Assembly (NCBI GenBank): GCA_051294905.1 | Contig: CM119381.1 | Span: 21,576,001-21,640,000 of the forward strand | Length of the DNA stretch: 64,000 nt | Source of the DNA: Botryllus schlosseri | Taxonomy: Eukaryota | Reading direction: 5' to 3' | Shown here: one piece after another, positions 28,001-41,500 of the stretch | How positions within the stretch are numbered: position 1 is the first letter of the stretch | Layout: each line of letters begins with the position of its first letter | Position numbers and translations under genes: made by a program | The notes under the pieces: model-generated | The model's input: the letters and a program-made list of their open reading frames with translations, nothing else | What the model was told of the DNA's origin: nothing | Databases searched by the model: none

Positions 28001-31000
28001 TCTAGCGGTGTTAAGCGATACCAAGAATGAACCGTTCTTTCCCAATTGCGAATACGGTTAGAATTATTGCTGTGAATTATGTGCATTAAAAAACTATCGG
28101 TGCCGCAGTTATGGCCCTTCCTCCCACTTCCATGTCCGATGAGATCCGCAAGTTAGAGCTTTTCACAGAAACCAATGTCAGACAAATCTTATCATGATAT
28201 CAAACAATTTTTTCAATACAAAAGTCCGTGCATTTTATGATCAAGTCATATTGTCGTAACCAGTTTTCTGCGTTCCCCGCTTATTGGTGATACTACCCGC
28301 GGGAAATTTGGCAAATATTACATGTATATTGAAAGATCGTAGTCGCGACCCTAATTCACACCCTTCGCGACCCATACATTAAGAACTTCCTTCTCTACAT
28401 ATGGGACCGAGCTATATGAGAGCGATGAAGCTGTTAGTCCATGCACGTGATAGTTTGGCGAGGGGTAACGGCGGTTCCGTATTGCCACAGGGAGCTCCAG
28501 GGATTTGAATCCGCCAGATATTTTGCAACAAATTCAAGTAAAGGTCTTGAACGACAGTGCATGCCAGATCGGATTCCAAATTTATGTCGGAGGTGACACC
28601 GCGCTAATTTGCTTGGGTAAAATCGACCGAGACGTGGGTGCCTGTTTCGTAAGTAACCCATAACTACAATATGTTGTCCAATAGCAGTTGGTTATGAATA
28701 TGAAATGTCCAGGGTGACTCTGGCGGACCACTGATATGCCAACACGGTGGAACGTGGGTACAATATGGAGTCGCGTCGTTTATTCTTCCGCCATGCGGAT
28801 TCCGTTCATTCTACCAAAGAGTGTCTCTTCATATTGATATGATAGAAGACGGTACGCATTTTACAGATATTCTTTAGCTTGGTATATATAACGAAGTATA
28901 GCAGGGATTGTACAAAACTCTAACAGATTCTAGTTCGCGTGAACACGATACGTTAATCTTTTGAGAATGTTAGCCATGAACACGAACATTAACATGAACG
29001 TATGAGATTGATGTCTACGCAACTTTAGCTAACGTCATATCATGATCTTTATGCAATTTGTTGGTAAAGTTTTATTAGAATCAGGGGTTAGTATAATGCT
29101 CACAATGTCCCATGATTCGCACCTATTGTTGGGCTGTCCAGAGGATCTCCGGAACCAGAACTAAATTGCACCGATGGATCCATAAATGGCATCTGCGATT
29201 GCGTCTTGATGTCTCATTCTGCTACTGCGCGATATGATAGGCTTGTGATCTCAATGTCATATCGATGTAGTCGTGATAGAAGCGAGTCAATATGTTTTTC
29301 ACAACCGCAATTTCATGTTAGTTCAGGCCAAATTCTCGAGATTCACCATATTGTTTTGCGATTTCTTCGGAATATCTGTTTTTGCTGCATGCCACGTTGA
29401 TATCGCGGGTAATATAATTCAAATTTAAGGATATTTGATCGAGATGTTAAGATTATTGTGAAATTCTGCTCTATTTTGCAAAGTTTTGCTAGTGTAGGTA
29501 GAAGCTTTCGAAGTTTTGCGAACGTGAACCTCTGAACTATTAAATTCGAACACGGATCTTAGCCGAACGTTCTACTGCAGGCTGTTCATAAACGCACAAC
29601 TCATATTCTATAGATGCATAATGGCTGAAGGTTTGAAACATAGTATTGGCTTCAAAACAACACGATCGTCGCATGACAAAGATCCACCACGCGACCGACT
29701 ATTCTATCAGTAAATGGTGAAGCGTTCAAACGTGTTAATGGTTCACTTCGACATAAGCATAAAAAGTGTACCCTTACGTGTTTGGAAGTGGAATATGTTG
29801 AATATAAATCAACATAATATTAAAATTATTCTCAAATTACGGCTGATGCTGACGCAGGTCGCATGTGTTTCTCCGCCCTGATATGCGCTTACTGCAAAAT
29901 AATATTTGATATATGGAAACTTACTCTTACCCGTAACTAGAATCCTAATTCGTTGTGTTCTACATCAGCATCGAACTGATCAACCAAATCCGTAATTCCC
30001 AAATCATAGCACCGAATATTCGAGAAGTTGACAGTTTATCCTCTTTTCATCAATTCAATTCAATTCAATTTATTGCTAATATTTTCGTCATTTCAATACA
30101 CCACAAGACTGCGATACAATGGGAGATAGGAAGGTGTCGAAACGACTTGGAGTAGTCTTCGATATCAGACACTCACCTGGCCTGGGCGATATAAAAAAAG
30201 GACGTATGCACACTAGGGTTGTTCAAAAAAACTTTTTCTTCCAAATCTCACTCGCCTAATGACTAAATCGTCACGTTGTCTAAGACAACGATCCACACCA
30301 AATTTGACTCAATTCCAACCAGTAGAGGCCGTGCAATCTTGAATTGAAATTTTTAGTTTATTATTGAAAATTAAAAAAAAAATTCAAATTTTTCTGTCAA
30401 ACCCCATGAAATTGTTGAGCCGTCTTCAAAGACGATGCAAAACAAATTTGAGTCAATTCCGACTTGTAGAAGCGGAGTTATTCGAGTTTTTCGTTGATAA
30501 TTCTCGGATTATCCTTGGGCTGCTAGATTACGATATGATAAGTATAGTAAATGCTAGATTGCGAAACATCGGTTTCAAACGTTATGATGAGCAATATATA
30601 TTGTGATGAAATATTTCATATCGGCGAAGGGCGACAATCCGGTGTGAACGGAATCACGTCAACCCGCTACCTAAATTATAGTCACCGATACTATCGTGAA
30701 ATCATAATGGTTACTCCGTATCCACTGAGCGCGAAGCGCGACGAAATGTCTGAGCTTTACTCAACTTTCATGAAAACTAAATGTTGATACTCCTTGAAAA
30801 CAGCACCAAAATTCCTCGGGCTATTTTCCTGATTGGAGGATTAAACTACTTCTACTTGACAAACTGAAAATAGCGACAAGTAAGTAAGTAGATCACAAAA
30901 TATTACGAAGTAGAAGTAGAAGTAGCGAAAATCAGATCTAACTGAGTAAGTACCAGAAGTAGAGGAAAACTACTTGAGTACTTTGAAAAAGTAGAAGTAC

Positions 31001-32539
31001 TTCGTTACTAACCACCTCTGCATATCGAACACTATTGTCAGCGTCACGCATGCTAAAAATACTCCCTCCATGAAAAGCCCAGAGGAAGAGAGAGCCGAAC
31101 TCTAGAAAGATGACAGCAAAAAAAGACCAGAAAAGAGGACGCAAGTAAAGCGTAAAGACATTACGAAAATTACTGTGCGGGCGCAAATGACCCAAGTGTT
31201 TATAAGCGCCAATTGTGTTATTAAAACAAACGAATTCCTACCTAAGTCACGGTTCGTTGGCGATGACGTCGACAATAATTAAAATTCCATGGAGGTTTTG
31301 GATATCATACGGTCGGCAAGATATTGGTATATTTTGCCTAATTTATTAAAATTCATCAAACCTTTTCAACTTTTCTAATCTCTACTATGTCGGTACCACA
31401 GAGGAACAGTTTTAATTATTTCAATACGATTCCAAACTGTTTACTATTATGATGTCATATTCAGTTATTATCCAATACGCGACTCGTAATCCATGTTTGA
31501 TGACGCATCAACTTCGCCAACATCCACTGTGGCACTTCAATCGGACATTAGGACATTTTGTAACGTATGATGTCTTATTTCTATACCACATCATTAGTTT
31601 TTTTACACCCTCCTGTAGTTAAGATGGTGTAATATATATTACTCTCTCTTTCCACTCTCTAAATGCCTATTTTTTGATTTACAGTGATACTATACGAAAA
31701 ATTCTTACAAACATTATCCTTCATGTTTACAGTGATCAACGACTTACAAAGTAAGTATTTCAAAATACACCACTCAGACCTCTTTTGTGTTGCGACATTG
31801 GTTCTAATTGTCTTATTCCATAAAATGAAGTATGTTCTGAGCTGGATATTATCGACGACAAAGACGAAGGTGTGATTGTGCCTCCAATATTCGCTGGAGG
31901 ATATTTAGACTCTACTCAGTGCAGCTGGCTTATACGCGGAGCACCGAACACCGTAAGTGTCGCCCTATCATAGGTTGACAAAATTTCGCCGTGGTATTGA
32001 TGAACTTCCAATACCAATAATTGTACTGTAATGTAAACTAGAGTTCAATATCTTCGAAATCCAATTAACCGCAAACATCCATAACGCCTTGGTTAGGGTT
32101 GCATTTAAAACAAAAATAAATTCAAAACAAACATATTTACAGGACGTTTTTTATTGTTTTATTTTGTCATGACGTCACGAATATTTATTGGGTTGGCATT
32201 GACAATTGAAAATATAGGGTAAATATAGGGCCCCTTCGGCGTAAAGGACTTCCGACCACTGTCATCATAAGCAGACCAAAAATATCTTTAACCAGGACTA
32301 CATCGCTATGCAGCATTTTTGCTGTCGGCGGTCATCATCATCGAAAGACCCATTCCGTGCCAGTGATCTATCTTCGCCCATGTGTTGTGTTGTGTTGTGT
32401 GATCTATCCCTGCCTATGTGTTGTGTTGTTTTGTGTGATATATGTTTGCCTATGTGTTGTGTTGTGTGATCTATGTTTGCCTATGTGTTGTGTTGTGTTG
32501 TGTGAACTATCTTTGCCTATGTTGTTGTTCTTGTTGTAG

Positions 32540-32571
<32 letters not shown>

Positions 32572-35500
32572 GGTGGTGCTGTTGTTAACCGCTTATCACC
32601 TGTTGGTATTTTGCACCACGGTCAATAATGGCGTAAAAAATGAAAAGCAGTCAATGATGGCGTAGCCTACGTATTGGATAGAAGACATAATTTTAAACAT
32701 AGCATTTCAGCAAAACGAAAAAATATCAGGGCCTGAAAAAGGGAGGGGCAGTATATAACTAATTCTATATCCGAATGCACCTGATATGTGACCGGTTATT
32801 ACCAGTTGTGATGTCGCAATTGAATGTTTTCAAGATCGTATGCAGTGGTGCTTTATTTAACTATATCGTGGATTTGCAGGTGATTACAATACGATTCGAG
32901 TTATTTGACTTGGAAGATTGCTCCTTCGATGTGTACGATTTTGTGGACATTTACGATGGCAACTCGACATCAGCCAGACAGGTACGACTTCTGGTTTTAT
33001 AGTATAGTCCTGCGCCCCTCTATGTGCACAGTATAGGCCTACATGTTTGATGATATGGTATCGGATATTATCCCCAGGGTTGTAACCAAGTCACAAGGCT
33101 CCGAGTCACAAGTCAATTTCACTTTTATAATTTTGACTCGAGTCAAGTCGAGTCATTTTCAACTCACTACCGAGTCAAGTCCGAGACCAAGTCATCGATC
33201 AGAGGGTCGAGTCCGAGTCATGGTATTATGACTCGAGTCGAGTCCAAGTCAATGCGTTGACTGCTCAGTTCCCAGCTAAAATCTTGTTACACTCACTTTT
33301 TATAACTCTGTTTGGTGATTTTGAATGGTTCGCATTTATAATATACCAATTTTCCTCATTTTTAGCAGGTTCTGATCGCATTCTCACGTACTAGTACCCA
33401 TAAACGAAATCCCAATAGGGTGGTTACTTCACTATTGTTCGAAATTACGATAAAATATCGGTCTTGGCCGTCTGCGTCTCGGGTCATATGACTTGGTTCG
33501 AGTCATGCGCAATGACTCGAGTCCAAGTCGAGTCAATACACAGACTGACTCGAGTCGAGTCGAGTCATTTCCAAATTTTGAGAAAATGACTCGAGTCAAG
33601 TCGAGTCATCAGAAAATCGTGACTCGAGTCCGACTCGATTCGAGTCATGACTCGAGTCATTACAACCCAGATTATCCCAAACTATAGACAACTCTATGAC
33701 ATGGGCAAAGTGTTGATTCCTATTCAGCAATCCAAATAATTGACCTCTGAAGCTTCATGTCTTATACGGGGTTCGAACGCGAGTAGCACATTTTCTAGCT
33801 TACGCAAGGATATTATACCTGCAAATGCCCTCAATATTGATTTACGGTAAGCTTTTTATTGCAACGTAATTGAGGTTTACGACACGTTCCTGTGTGGGAG
33901 CGCGGAGAGCATCAGGGGATTTGAGTCCAGCTCAAATGAAGTTCTTATCACCTTTCTCTCGGACGGCTCTACTAATGGTCAGGGATTCAAAATCAATTGG
34001 AATATTGTAGGTGAGTTCATGGTTCCCAAGCGGGTCAGCTATGTATTATTTCAACTTCAAGATTTTTCTTCGCGAGATTTACTGAACAGTCAGCTGTAGA
34101 TTCTCTCAACGCCATCCGCAAATACATATAATTTAACGAACGAAGTTCAGATCTCCAGTTAACTACGCGCAGTTCGCTGCAATTTATGAAACAAGGTGTT
34201 TGTTTGTTTTATTCACACATATACAGTGGCGCAAGCCTATATGGTCATTTGCGCCACGACATTAATTTCAGTAATTTCAGTCCTTTGCCTCTGTAATGTT
34301 TCGGACGACTTCCATTCTCGCTCTCTTCCATCATCGGTCACGCTCGTTTTTCATGCGCCCATATCTTGCACTTTGCTGCCGACTTTTGGCTCGGCTCACC
34401 TTCACTCTGCTCTGGGCTTTGGAAACACTGCTACCGCAGTGAGGTCAGCCCAGAGAAACCTCCGACACATAGTAGTTAGTCCGAACCGGGATTCGAACCA
34501 CCGCCGTTGGTGTCGTGACGCTGGCGCTTAACCAACTGCGCCACTCGCTTTCCCGAAACAAGGTGTATTCACGTTGATAGTGACACTTTGGATGCTTCGG
34601 TGTATACTATGTACAATCATCAAATCTTGTTGACTAAAAGACCACCACGCGTGATTGTATGTAGTAGAGCCCAATGATATGTAAATCTGTATAGTTAAAG
34701 TAACCTCACTAGCAGAATACCTTTTTTGAATAACATCTATTTTTCGCGCAAAAAACATTCCACGTTGATCTCGAAACTACATCTAATAAATTTGATAGCG
34801 CTTACCGGCGATTGGATGATGAAGTCTACCATCTCGTCCCAATCTACCTTGCAATAGTAATTACTTCAGTAATGTAGATCTTCGTACCCTTCAAAAAATT
34901 TTGCGATTTTTAATTTTTTTTTTATTTTACCATGCGTTTTTTTGTAATTAGGTATAAATCGCGGGAATCACAACGACTTGTGTATCACCGATGACTGCCT
35001 CACAAAAACGATACAAATCTACCAATAAACTAATCCACTGGAAAAGAAATGGGTGATAGCAAAATGCAAGTATATAATCTGAGTTGTAATCAGAGGTGGT
35101 TACCTAAAATACTATCTATTCCAGGCCCCAGGTTTTGGCTAAAAGAATGAAACTCTGAAGTTGTAGAAGTATTCTAAAATCAAAACCCTACTGGACTACT
35201 TCCAGCAGTAAAAGCACTTTGTTACTTACCCTCTCTGCTTTTAATAACAGTGATTTTGAAGTCTACAAAATCGACAGAACTTCAGGGTTGGATCGTAAGG
35301 CTTTGGTAGCTATCAAAATCGACACAGTGCGCATATCAAATAGACACAGATTGATCCAGTAAACATATTGGGTTTCGGTAGAATTCATTGCGCAAATTGA
35401 TTGCGAGCAACCCTAATTCCACGTCATTTCAGAGGACTGCACGCCCGATCAATTCCGCTGCTGGAGCGGCGAATCTTGCCTCGACGGCGCCCTACAATGC

Positions 35501-38500
35501 GACGGAAAGTCGGACTGCGCCGATGAGAGCGACGAAAAAGAATGCGGTGAGTAGCCCTGGCTAATGGTACCGTGACATGTTCGTGATACATTTTGCAATG
35601 CGCATTTTAGTGATTGTCGACGGGGAGTGCGGAAAACAAGACATCGCCCCCGAATTTTTGTGGGTATGTATTCGAGCGAACTGAATCTCTCATCCGCAAG
35701 TCGTGAGATTGTCTTTAAACCGACTCTCTTATTTGTAGCACGCAAGAATCGTCGGCGGACACTTGGCGAAAAACGGTTCGTGGCCGTTCATTGCGCAAAT
35801 AGAAAACGCTTTTCTTGAAGACTTCTTGTGCGCCGGTACCATCGTCAACGATCGATGGGTTCTCACGACCGCTGCTTGCGTGGACTCGCACATTGCGTAA
35901 GTATGTGTATGTTGTATGCTACTCAAGTAGAAGCTGAAGTAACATCGTACATTTTTAATCTATATAAGTGGAAATAGAAACTGAAATCGCTGGAACATAT
36001 TCAAGTAAGTGGTTTTTAAAGTATATTTGGTCGCCAGTGGCTATAACTTTCCAAATCGCAAGATGCATTTTCGCGCCTAACGCAAAAGGACTAATGAATA
36101 ACACTACATACAAATAGGAACAGTCGTCCAAAGTCTATTCAGTTATACAAAGTCCACATATACGAGATATAAACAGAAAAATATCTACATGTAGACTGAT
36201 GGATTTACAGACGCAGATTATGACAAGACCATATTGGAGATAGTTACGCAACCTCAATTTAAACTTGGGTTCAAGTTCAGAAAATCACTCTCAATAACTC
36301 TACATTCGAGGATGGTATTACGTAAAACCTCACCGTGCGAAAAATGCATGGAATTAAAATACGAGTTAGGAAATGTTGCAATTGTTACGGAGGCATCGAA
36401 TTGATATGACAGATGACTGATGCGTAACAGACTTATTGCTTGACGTGGTACAACATAATCTGATCAAATGTAGTAATTTGTTATTAAGGCATAAATGATC
36501 GTTCTCTTAACGAAAACCACGCAAATAAATAATAAAGGGATGCGATTTGGAAATGTGGCGATCGAGTTACGAATCAGTACCATTCTTGGCAATTTTCAGG
36601 GTTGATCTCCTCGTGACAGTGGGTACCGTTTCTTTCCTTCCGTCGGACGTTATGAAGTACGACGTCGAGTTAATCAGTCGACCCCGAGAGTAAGTGACAG
36701 CATATATTCGATCAGCATCTCGACAAGTGACGTGAGCTTATGGGGCAACCGTTTCAGGTCAATTTTAACGCATCCGGAAGGAGCTGGTCTTCTGAAACTT
36801 TCAAAAAACATCGCGTTTTCTTCTTTCGTGCAACCGGCATGCATAGCCATCGCTGGCCTGACAAATGAACCTGAACCGGGTGAATTCTGCGTTGTACTGG
36901 GATGGGGCTCCAGACGTGAGTGATTCGTGAAATGAAATTATTCGATATAGCTGTAGACCAGTGGTTCCCAAAGTGGGCGCCAGCGCCCCCCTGGGGGCGT
37001 TCGCGTGCGTCAAGGGGGCGCTGGCCATGAAATGGGCGATTGGGGGTCGCTGGCTAGAAAATTGGGCGGTAGGGGGGCGCTGAGAGCAAATGCGGGCGGT
37101 GTAGAATTAAAAGGCAACTGCTGCATATAGTGTTGAAACGATTAATTATTAAAGCAGCTAGATTCGCAGTAAAAATGCATAATAGATTCAGTAAGGGCAA
37201 TTTAGGGTTCTCCGTCTATTTATTCAGCTGTACCGGAAAAGTCCATTGTTGAACTACGAAGTATAATTGAACAATTATTGCTCCCTGCAAGATGTGATGG
37301 CTTTTTAAGAGAAACTGTCTTGCGTGATTTTATTATCTGTTTCAAACGATCGTGGATTTTCCACAGCGCTGTCACCGTGACCTTCGACACGGTGTTATGG
37401 TTGCGTGAAACGACATCACTCCTAATTGACTGTCGTATTTCTCAAATTTAAGGTTAGAATATATCCGTTCTTAGTAATGATGAACATGGCACTGTCCGTA
37501 TTTGGTGACAAGTCAGCAGGGTTGTAACCAAGTCACAAAGCACCGAGTCACAAGTCAATCTCAGTTCTATGGTTTTGACTCGAGTCAAGTCGAGTCATTT
37601 TCAATTCACCACCGAGTCAAGTCCGAGTCCAAGTCAGCGAAAAGAGAGTCGAGCCCGAGTCACGGTATTATGACTCGAGTCGAGTCCAAGTCATTGTGTT
37701 GACTGATCAGTTTCCTGTTAATTTCTTGTTAAACCTATCTTTTATAACTCTTTTTGGTGATATCGACTGGTTCGCATTAATAATGTACTAATTTTCATCG
37801 CTTTTAGCAGTTTCTGGTCGCATTTTCAAGTACCAGTACCAATAAACGAAATCCCAATATTGTGTTTACTATTCTTCGAAATTACAATGAAATGTTGGTC
37901 TTGGTCGTCTTCGTCTCGAGTCATATGACTTGGCTCGAGTCATGCGCAACGACTCGAGTACAAGTCGAGTCAATACACATATTGACTCGAGTCGAGTCGA
38001 GTCATTTCCGTATTTTGGGAAAATGACTCAAGTCGAGTCATCAGAAAATCGTGACTCGAGTCGGACTCGAGTCGAGTCATGACTCGAGTCATTACAACCA
38101 GCTGCAAGTCAGTGATAATTCACCGGAATTTTGCGACACATCAACTGTTTCAATTCACAAGCTTGCTTTGAGTTACCGGTCCAGCTCGAACACCTGATTT
38201 TGAAGGAGAAACATGAGTCAATCAACTCACAAAATTACACGAGGATGGTGATTTGGTTCCAGGATATATTCCAATTAGAAATTCCTCACCGGATAATCAA
38301 TCCATTCTGTGTAGTTTCCGGGCACAAAATGTTAGAGCAGCTGATTACATTGTAGTTATAGGGTTACCATACGTCCTCTTTTAACGGGATTTGTCCTCAT
38401 TATTGAGTTTTTTAAAAGTTTCCTTGGATGACGCCTAAATGTCCTCTTTTTTGAGAATTTGTACTCTTTTTTTAATATTATGGTTAAATGTACGTGGAAA

Positions 38501-41500
38501 TTGAACTGAGATATAGGAAATCAGCGCTCGAGTAACGGTCTGGGGGGTTTTTCTGGACCTGAGCCGGACAAATGACTTCTTTTTTTAGTCGACCAGCCAC
38601 TAACTCGGAAAAAATTTACAATTTTTTCCCGATTTTACTCCAGTATTGTAAGTCTGGAAATTTTTAAAAAGCGTCCTCCTTTCAGATGCCCAAAATATGG
38701 TAACCCTAATTGTAGTGTAGAACAATTTTGATTTGAACCAAAAATTAAATATCTCCAATCAAGCGTTCTGGATGCACAATTGAATAAAAAATAAACACTC
38801 TCACTGGAGTCGGGCTGGCTTTCTCGCCATTGCCCTTCCCCGCTCATTTCATAGAACGTGTTCTCAGCGCCGTGACCAAGTCCCTGACTCACAACAGAAA
38901 CCGACTTGCCAGTGGGCCTACATGAAGTGAACACTGGAGATTTTAGACTGATATTGTTCTTATCAAAACTCAAACTCATTATGACGAGCATGATGATAAT
39001 AATACACCAACTCATCTGTCTCATTACTAGCTGTAATAAATGCAGAACAACATTCGTTTTACGATTTAGGCGTGGTGAGGGGGGGGTGTCGGGGGGGCGG
39101 TGGCACTTATTTCGTTGTCCAGGGGGGCGGTAGCTCAAAAAAGTTTGGGAGACACTGCTGTAGACCGTCAAGCGCGAATTCCATTGAAATTTCGACAACC
39201 GTTATTCTTTTGTTACACGTGTTCGTATGCGAAATCCATCAAACAAGAATTCGTTTTGTCCCAAGTACATCTCTGAAACGGGCTATACTTGCTTGGGTTG
39301 CCGAACAGATACCGGTATAGTTGCCAATCCCTATTTGGGCCGCGCTAGGTCAGATTTTTGCGTTGTGAGATTTCCCAAACTATGCAATTTTAAGAACATA
39401 TTTTAATATTCTTCTTTTGGACCTGTGCGTGTCATACATACAGTTGTCTCTGGCCGCATGCGCACGCCTATGAACATAATATGTTACCATATAAAAATTG
39501 TGATTTTAGTCTCCGAGCGCCTTGAATCCGGGCCCTTGCGACAAGCTCAAGTGCCCATACAGCACGAAGACGTATGCGCCGCTTCTCGTCCGTATGGAGA
39601 TGCCAACACAACATTCTGCAGCGGCGACAGTATAAACGGCGGTGTGGGCACATGTGCGGTAAGTTCGAGCTCAACACTGGCGTGGTTGAATGTGATTTAG
39701 AAATTCTCTTTCTCGAACAGTCCGATCGTGGCGGGCCAGTTATGTGCTTTCGAGACAACGTCTGGGTACAATTCGGAATTGTCGTCCGTCCGTCGTGCGC
39801 GGAATTCGGAGTTTTCGATTTTTATACCAGGGTTTCGTATTATACCGACTGGATAGAAGACAGTGAGTATATATAGCGGTGGTTCTTCACTCAGTGATTA
39901 CTGACCGTTACATTCGGTCCCAAGGGCGAACATAGAGATGATAGGCGGCGTATTGTTGACGAATATCGTCTAGTTCACCCATGTCCACCATAACGTATTA
40001 AAGGTGCACATCCGGGTAAACTGCAGGACTTATGTACGTGATTTAACGTTGCCAAACATCTTGATTATTGGGTATCCTTCCTTACCCAAGTAAAAAATAC
40101 GCATGATTTATAGAAATGGGCATTTCAGCGTCGGCCATTACCGCGCCACTTCGCACCAAGACATATGGAGTTTTATGCCATGTAACATGCGAATGCGAGA
40201 AGTGTGCCCGAACGATCGGCAGCGAGAAAACCTTGGCCGAAAAGGACTGCCGTTATGCTGGCCGAATACTTCGATAGATACACATATGTGTAATTGTCCA
40301 TAGGTGTCCAAATGGCTGGCGCCTAATGTTCCTGTCCTGACAATCTGAACCCCACAAGACAAATGCCAACCCGCGGAGAAGTATTTTTTGCCAGTGAAGA
40401 AATTTGAAATTGTTTTCATCTTTTAGTTTAGTACGTTTGGGCGATTTCAATGTCTTTTGACATAGCCGACAGGAGTTCACGAAATAACATCATGTAACGA
40501 AGTCACTATACCTAAGGGTCTGCCCGAATATGTTTGATTATTATTTACGGGCTCTACATTTTCCAAGACACCTCACTTAGCTCTACCGGAAGATATTATT
40601 ACGTGTGCAGAGAGGGGATAGCATTTTGGTATAGCAATATCTATATATGCAATTCCCGATCGGATTGACCGCTTCAACCATGAATTAGAGAAAATGTGCT
40701 GCTTACAAGAGACATTCAGGGTCTTGCTAGCATTCCTGGATTGCTTGACTAGTCATTATAAGCCGATGCTAAGAATCTGTCATAACCCCATAACCGCGAG
40801 TATTCTATACTAATACAGGGCGATGTGTGCGTGTAATGGAAAGTTCTGTGTCTTCAAAGCGACCTGAATATATACATGCGTATAAGTGTATATGTATACT
40901 AATTCATCATTGGTTATTCAAAGTTTCATCTTCTGTTAGCTATAAAAATGACGCTGCCTAAGCATACTGTTGACGACACCACCGTGACGCCGATATATAC
41001 GAATTCGACTACACATTCCGCTGCCAATACGTTATCGACCACCTCGATCTCGACGACGAATACATCACATACCGGTGAGATATTATTACTAGCATATATT
41101 ACTCTAGGTTTAACTAGAGAAAAGGTTATGATGAATATACACTGAACTAAAATATGACCAACGCACTGAAGTTGTGCTAATTCAAATGGAAAAGGGCACA
41201 AACACCGGCACATTTCTTTGACACAGTTATATCAATATCTCACTTGATGCGCCGCTCCAATGATAAAAACTGTTTACATAATATGTTCTATTGCGTCGGC
41301 AAATCAAATTATGCATCTTACATGATATAGATATGATGAAATGCTACGATGTATTTGTTCATATTTCAAAGATTTCTCGGAATGGATGTTATTACCGTGT
41401 GTCACGATTTGTCGCTGTTATTTGTTTTTTAAATAAATATGGTTATTTTATTTATTGTCGTGAATTACAGTAACCGCCACCGATGAAAGTACGTCATCAC

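Noticed and set aside
27600-28050. LINE/RTE C-terminal remnant on the minus strand ([13 protein letters not shown])
   Set aside because: The resemblance to RxLRWFGHxxR is too weak, and there is no RT motif, tail or TSD.
33075-33670. CRISPR-like appearance of the CTCGAGTCAAGT repeats (also at 17482, 37517, 60786)
   Set aside because: Irregular spacing, no unique spacers, eukaryotic context, and bounded by TIRs and TSDs, so these are transposon subterminal repeats.
34470-34549. Possible tRNA gene on the minus strand
   Set aside because: A and B boxes are present, but there is no acceptor stem or clean anticodon arm, so it was called SINE-like.
38635-39198. 187-aa minus-strand ORF
   Set aside because: It lies almost entirely inside nested MITEs and shows no domain-like pattern.
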